A DNA stretch of 6,275 nucleotides from a virus, in IMG/VR virus record IMGVR_UViG_3300014743_000002, positions 1 to 6,275 of that record; one strand, written 5' to 3'. Shown here one piece after another: positions 3,960 through 6,275 of the stretch. Below the pieces are notes generated by a model. That model ran no database searches. It was given only the letters and a program-made list of their open reading frames with translations, and had not been told where the DNA came from. Position 1 is the stretch's first letter, and the number at the start of each line of letters is the position of its first letter. The position numbers and the translations under genes are program-made.

Positions 3960-5138
3960 TTATCTACCGTTATAGATTGTAGTATTACGAGGACCATAAT
4001 CGTTACGAAAGATATTAGCACCAGGGCGAAAAGAGCCAATTACATTACCAGCGCCAGAAGCAATAGAACCAACACCGCGGGCTACAGATTCCCAATAATG
4101 AGTACGGCCTTGTTTACGAGCTAATTCAGCACCATACTCGGTGAGTTTCTGTTGAGCCTTAGCAGTGTTATACTCCACATGCTTACGTAGCTTAACGTTC
4201 TTATAATCATACGTACTATCACGATACACTAATTCATTAGAAGCATTAGTAGCTTTAATCAGAGAGTCAGCAGTTTCCTTAGCTATTCTGTTTTGAATCC
4301 TAAGACCGTTAGTCTCAACAGACAGCTTAACAGCCCTAGCCATCTCAGTTTTATACTGCGCTTCAGTAAGAGCACCTTGTGCAAATAGATTAGCAAGAGT
4401 CTGACCCTTAATGAACAAATCAGCCTGTTGCTGTTCATCAAGATATTTATTCAATATCTGTTGAGCCTGGGAATCAAGTAGAATCTGTGTTTCTTGGGCA
4501 GCAGTAAGACGACCAGCAAACTCCATATTCTTAAGTTCCTGAAATTCCTTAGACTGATCTAATATAGCAGAGCGTCTACCAGTGGAAGCATTCCAATAAC
4601 CTGACTGACCAATACCAATATTACGATAATCCGTATCACCAAGGATCTTATTGATAAGGAATGGAGTAGTAGCTACATTCTGTTCAGCATTCATCATAGC
4701 AGCACGAGCCTGGGCCATAGAAGCAAGAGCGGAACCAATGTCAGAAAAATCAGGGCGAAACGCCTGAACGCTAGGAGGAGGAGCAGCAGAAGCAGCAGCA
4801 CCTCCAGAGGCAGGAGACTTAGAGCCAGCCATAGCGGCAGAACCTTGAACGAACGGATTCAAACCACGAGAGATCATAGCATTGGGAGAATTGTAAGAAT
4901 TATTCATTCCCCACATCTTTTCTTGCCAATTACGCTGAATCTGAGCCTGTTCGGCGTTAAACGCATTATTCTCGCGATTAATGTCAATATTGGTCTGGTT
5001 GGCCTTATTCTGCGCAGAAGAGCCAATCATATTGCCAGCAAGAGAAGCACCAGCAGCAATAATACCACCAAGGACAAGCGGAGCAATACATCTATCATTA
5101 GGAGAGAGCAAGCTCTCTCCAATTTCTAGAAACCTCAT
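3960..5138 (-). CDS. VP2: Minor capsid / DNA pilot protein (VP2; functional analogue of phiX174 H), 392 aa
   Basis: It has an N-terminal Gly/Ala-rich hydrophobic segment (APLVLGGIIAAGASLAGNMIG). This is followed by the N...FN...A...R.WQE.M......NP block seen in microvirus VP2 proteins (NAFNAEQAQIQRNWQEKMW...RGLNPF). An Ala/Ser/Pro linker (SPASGGAAASAAPPPS) and a long Q/A/L-rich helical C-terminal half fit a pilot-protein coiled coil. The start ATG overlaps the upstream stop (ATGA at 5138-5135). Confidence 0.8.
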   Translation of the reverse strand: MRFLEIGESLLSPNDRCIAPLVLGGIIAAGASLAGNMIGSSAQNKANQTNIDINRENNAFNAEQAQIQRNWQEKMWGMNNSYNSPNAMISRGLNPFVQGSAAMAGSKSPASGGAAASAAPPPSVQAFRPDFSDIGSALASMAQARAAMMNAEQNVATTPFLINKILGDTDYRNIGIGQSGYWNASTGRRSAILDQSKEFQELKNMEFAGRLTAAQETQILLDSQAQQILNKYLDEQQQADLFIKGQTLANLFAQGALTEAQYKTEMARAVKLSVETNGLRIQNRIAKETADSLIKATNASNELVYRDSTYDYKNVKLRKHVEYNTAKAQQKLTEYGAELARKQGRTHYWESVARGVGSIASGAGNVIGSFRPGANIFRNDYGPRNTTIYNGR

Positions 5139-5578
5139 TGTGCACTAGCGGCAGGGGCGGACGCATCAGGAGCGGGCGCTGCACTTTGCTCTGCCAACAT
5201 AGACTTAGCAAACTCAGTCAATTCTGAATGTTGAGAAGCTAACTCAGACAATACAGCCTGACGTTCAGACATTGTTTGACAATGACGGGAAACAACACAA
5301 TTAAATCGTTCTTCATCCGTCATACCATCCATAACAGTAGACTGAGTAGGATGCATCTGGGCAAGAATATTCTGAACATTCATATCACCAAGCAAACGAC
5401 GATACTTTTCCTGATTCAAAAGGATCTGAGTCATATCACATTGAATCAAATCACCGTCAGGAGTCTCATCATACATAACCGGATCATAAGCAGAAGCCTG
5501 ATAACACGGGTTGCCTTCAACCAATTGAGGTTGATAAGTATCCGGAATAATTTCAGGGGTAAAATCAAATCTTCTCAT
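5135..5578 (-). CDS. Hypothetical acidic protein, 147 aa, possibly an internal scaffolding protein (VP3-like) judged from position, size and charge only
   Basis: The ORF starts 12 nt after the VP1 stop and is coupled to VP2 by an ATGA overlap. It is rich in D/E and ends in an Ala/Pro tail (AAPAPDASAPAASAQ). Its size is similar to gokushovirus VP3 (about 150 aa). No diagnostic motif, so the function is inferred. Confidence 0.55.
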   Translation of the reverse strand: MRRFDFTPEIIPDTYQPQLVEGNPCYQASAYDPVMYDETPDGDLIQCDMTQILLNQEKYRRLLGDMNVQNILAQMHPTQSTVMDGMTDEERFNCVVSRHCQTMSERQAVLSELASQHSELTEFAKSMLAEQSAAPAPDASAPAASAQ

Positions 5579-5590
5579 AACGACATATAA

Positions 5591-6275
5591 TTAATAAGGT
5601 AAACCATTTCGATCCAAGTTCTGAACAGCATATACTTGGAAGTTAACATTACACAACAGTTGGTCAAAAGCAACAGAACAATTCGCAGCATCAACCTGCG
5701 GAACGAATATAGAGTTCAGTTGTTGAGGACGAACCTTCATAGACTGATAAGACCAAGCACCAGAGCCAGTTAAGACCTGATAACCATTCAATGGAGAAGC
5801 CCAAGACTGATAAGCAGTACCTTTACGGAAACCGGCATGAACGGTATCAATACTAGATTTCCATTGCCAGTAACGAAGATTATATCCAAGACTATTACCA
5901 GTAACCACCTTCAAACCGGGGTTATTCTGGAGATTCAAAGCAGGGACGACTTGCATACCTAACTGATCGAATGCTGGTTCCGGGAAGTCAGAAATAGAGG
6001 TAACAGTCAACTGAGGAGCTTGACCTGTCAAATCCCAATCGAGTAAAGGCACGGCATGATAAACGCAGATAATTACCTGATGCTCGGCACCACAATCATA
6101 GGTTAGAGTATGACCAGAATTAGAGGATACGCCTTTACCAGCTATACTAGCCTGAGAATTATCGGTATCCAAATTGGTATTCACAACCTCATTGATATTA
6201 ATCACAGAGGACCAACCGCCAATAAAGTGAGCATGATTACCCATGTACTCGGGGGCTTTAATACCAAACCGAGCA
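5591..6275 (-). CDS. VP1: Major capsid protein VP1, C-terminal part. Bases 6177-6275 duplicate 1-99; the unique part is 5591-6176.
   Basis: The frame of the listed 217-aa ORF (5591-6244) stays open up to the window edge (...ARFGIKAPEYMGNHAHFIGGW...) and is in phase with the 1..1157 segment: 1157 + 586 = 1743 nt = 581 codons including the stop. The TAA stop is at 5593-5591. ARFG....PEY.G is a typical microvirus capsid motif. Confidence 0.93.
   Translation of the reverse strand, partial: ARFGIKAPEYMGNHAHFIGGWSSVININEVVNTNLDTDNSQASIAGKGVSSNSGHTLTYDCGAEHQVIICVYHAVPLLDWDLTGQAPQLTVTSISDFPEPAFDQLGMQVVPALNLQNNPGLKVVTGNSLGYNLRYWQWKSSIDTVHAGFRKGTAYQSWASPLNGYQVLTGSGAWSYQSMKVRPQQLNSIFVPQVDAANCSVAFDQLLCNVNFQVYAVQNLDRNGLPY
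6177..6275. repeat. Second copy of the terminal redundancy (equals 1-99). The unit genome length is 6176 nt.
   Basis: Same comparison as for 1-99. The repeat lies inside the capsid ORF, which fits a linearisation artefact and not a biological repeat. Confidence 0.95.

Noticed and set aside
1285-5590. All plus-strand ORFs (1285-1674, 2401-2721, 2749-2976, 3048-3329, 3924-4124, 4845-5129, 5276-5590)
   Set aside because: Each is antisense to a confidently identified gene. Their translations are low-complexity and rich in I/N/K/R/S, as expected from reverse-complemented codons, and they carry no motifs. Microviruses transcribe only one strand.

Overview
The window is one complete, circularly permuted genome of a small ssDNA phage of the family Microviridae, about 6,176 nt long. 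Bases 1-99 are identical to 6177-6275, which is the overlap left when a circular contig is written out linearly. All credible genes lie on the minus strand, so the packaged (mRNA-sense) strand is the reverse complement of what is shown.

Gene order on the viral strand is:
- Major capsid protein VP1, 580 aa. It starts at 1157, runs off the left edge and continues from 6176 down to 5591.
- An acidic 147-aa protein at 5578-5135, possibly a scaffolding protein.
- VP2, the DNA-pilot/minor capsid protein, at 5138-3960.
- A 390-nt intergenic region at 3959-3570.
- A 64-aa ORF at 3569-3375.
- A 27-aa membrane peptide at 3385-3302.
- A 104-aa M15/LAS zinc peptidase at 3305-2991.
- A 606-aa HUH rolling-circle Rep (VP4) at 2994-1174.

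The capsid N-terminus, the large Rep, and the AT-rich, Shine-Dalgarno-free regions upstream of the start codons suggest an Alpavirinae/Gokushovirinae-like phage of a Bacteroidota host. That placement is inference.

The most interesting points are:
1. A muralytic M15 peptidase sits directly after a translationally coupled tiny transmembrane peptide. This resembles a holin/endolysin lysis module, whereas the classical microvirus strategy is single-gene lysis.
2. That membrane ORF may have an overprinted 74-aa, two-TM version, in the same geometry as phiX174 gene E inside gene D.
3. The only long noncoding region contains a GC-rich, hairpin-dense island with repeated motifs. It is a candidate replication origin or regulatory element.

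All plus-strand ORFs, and the minus-strand ORFs in the +1 frame, look like compositional artefacts.
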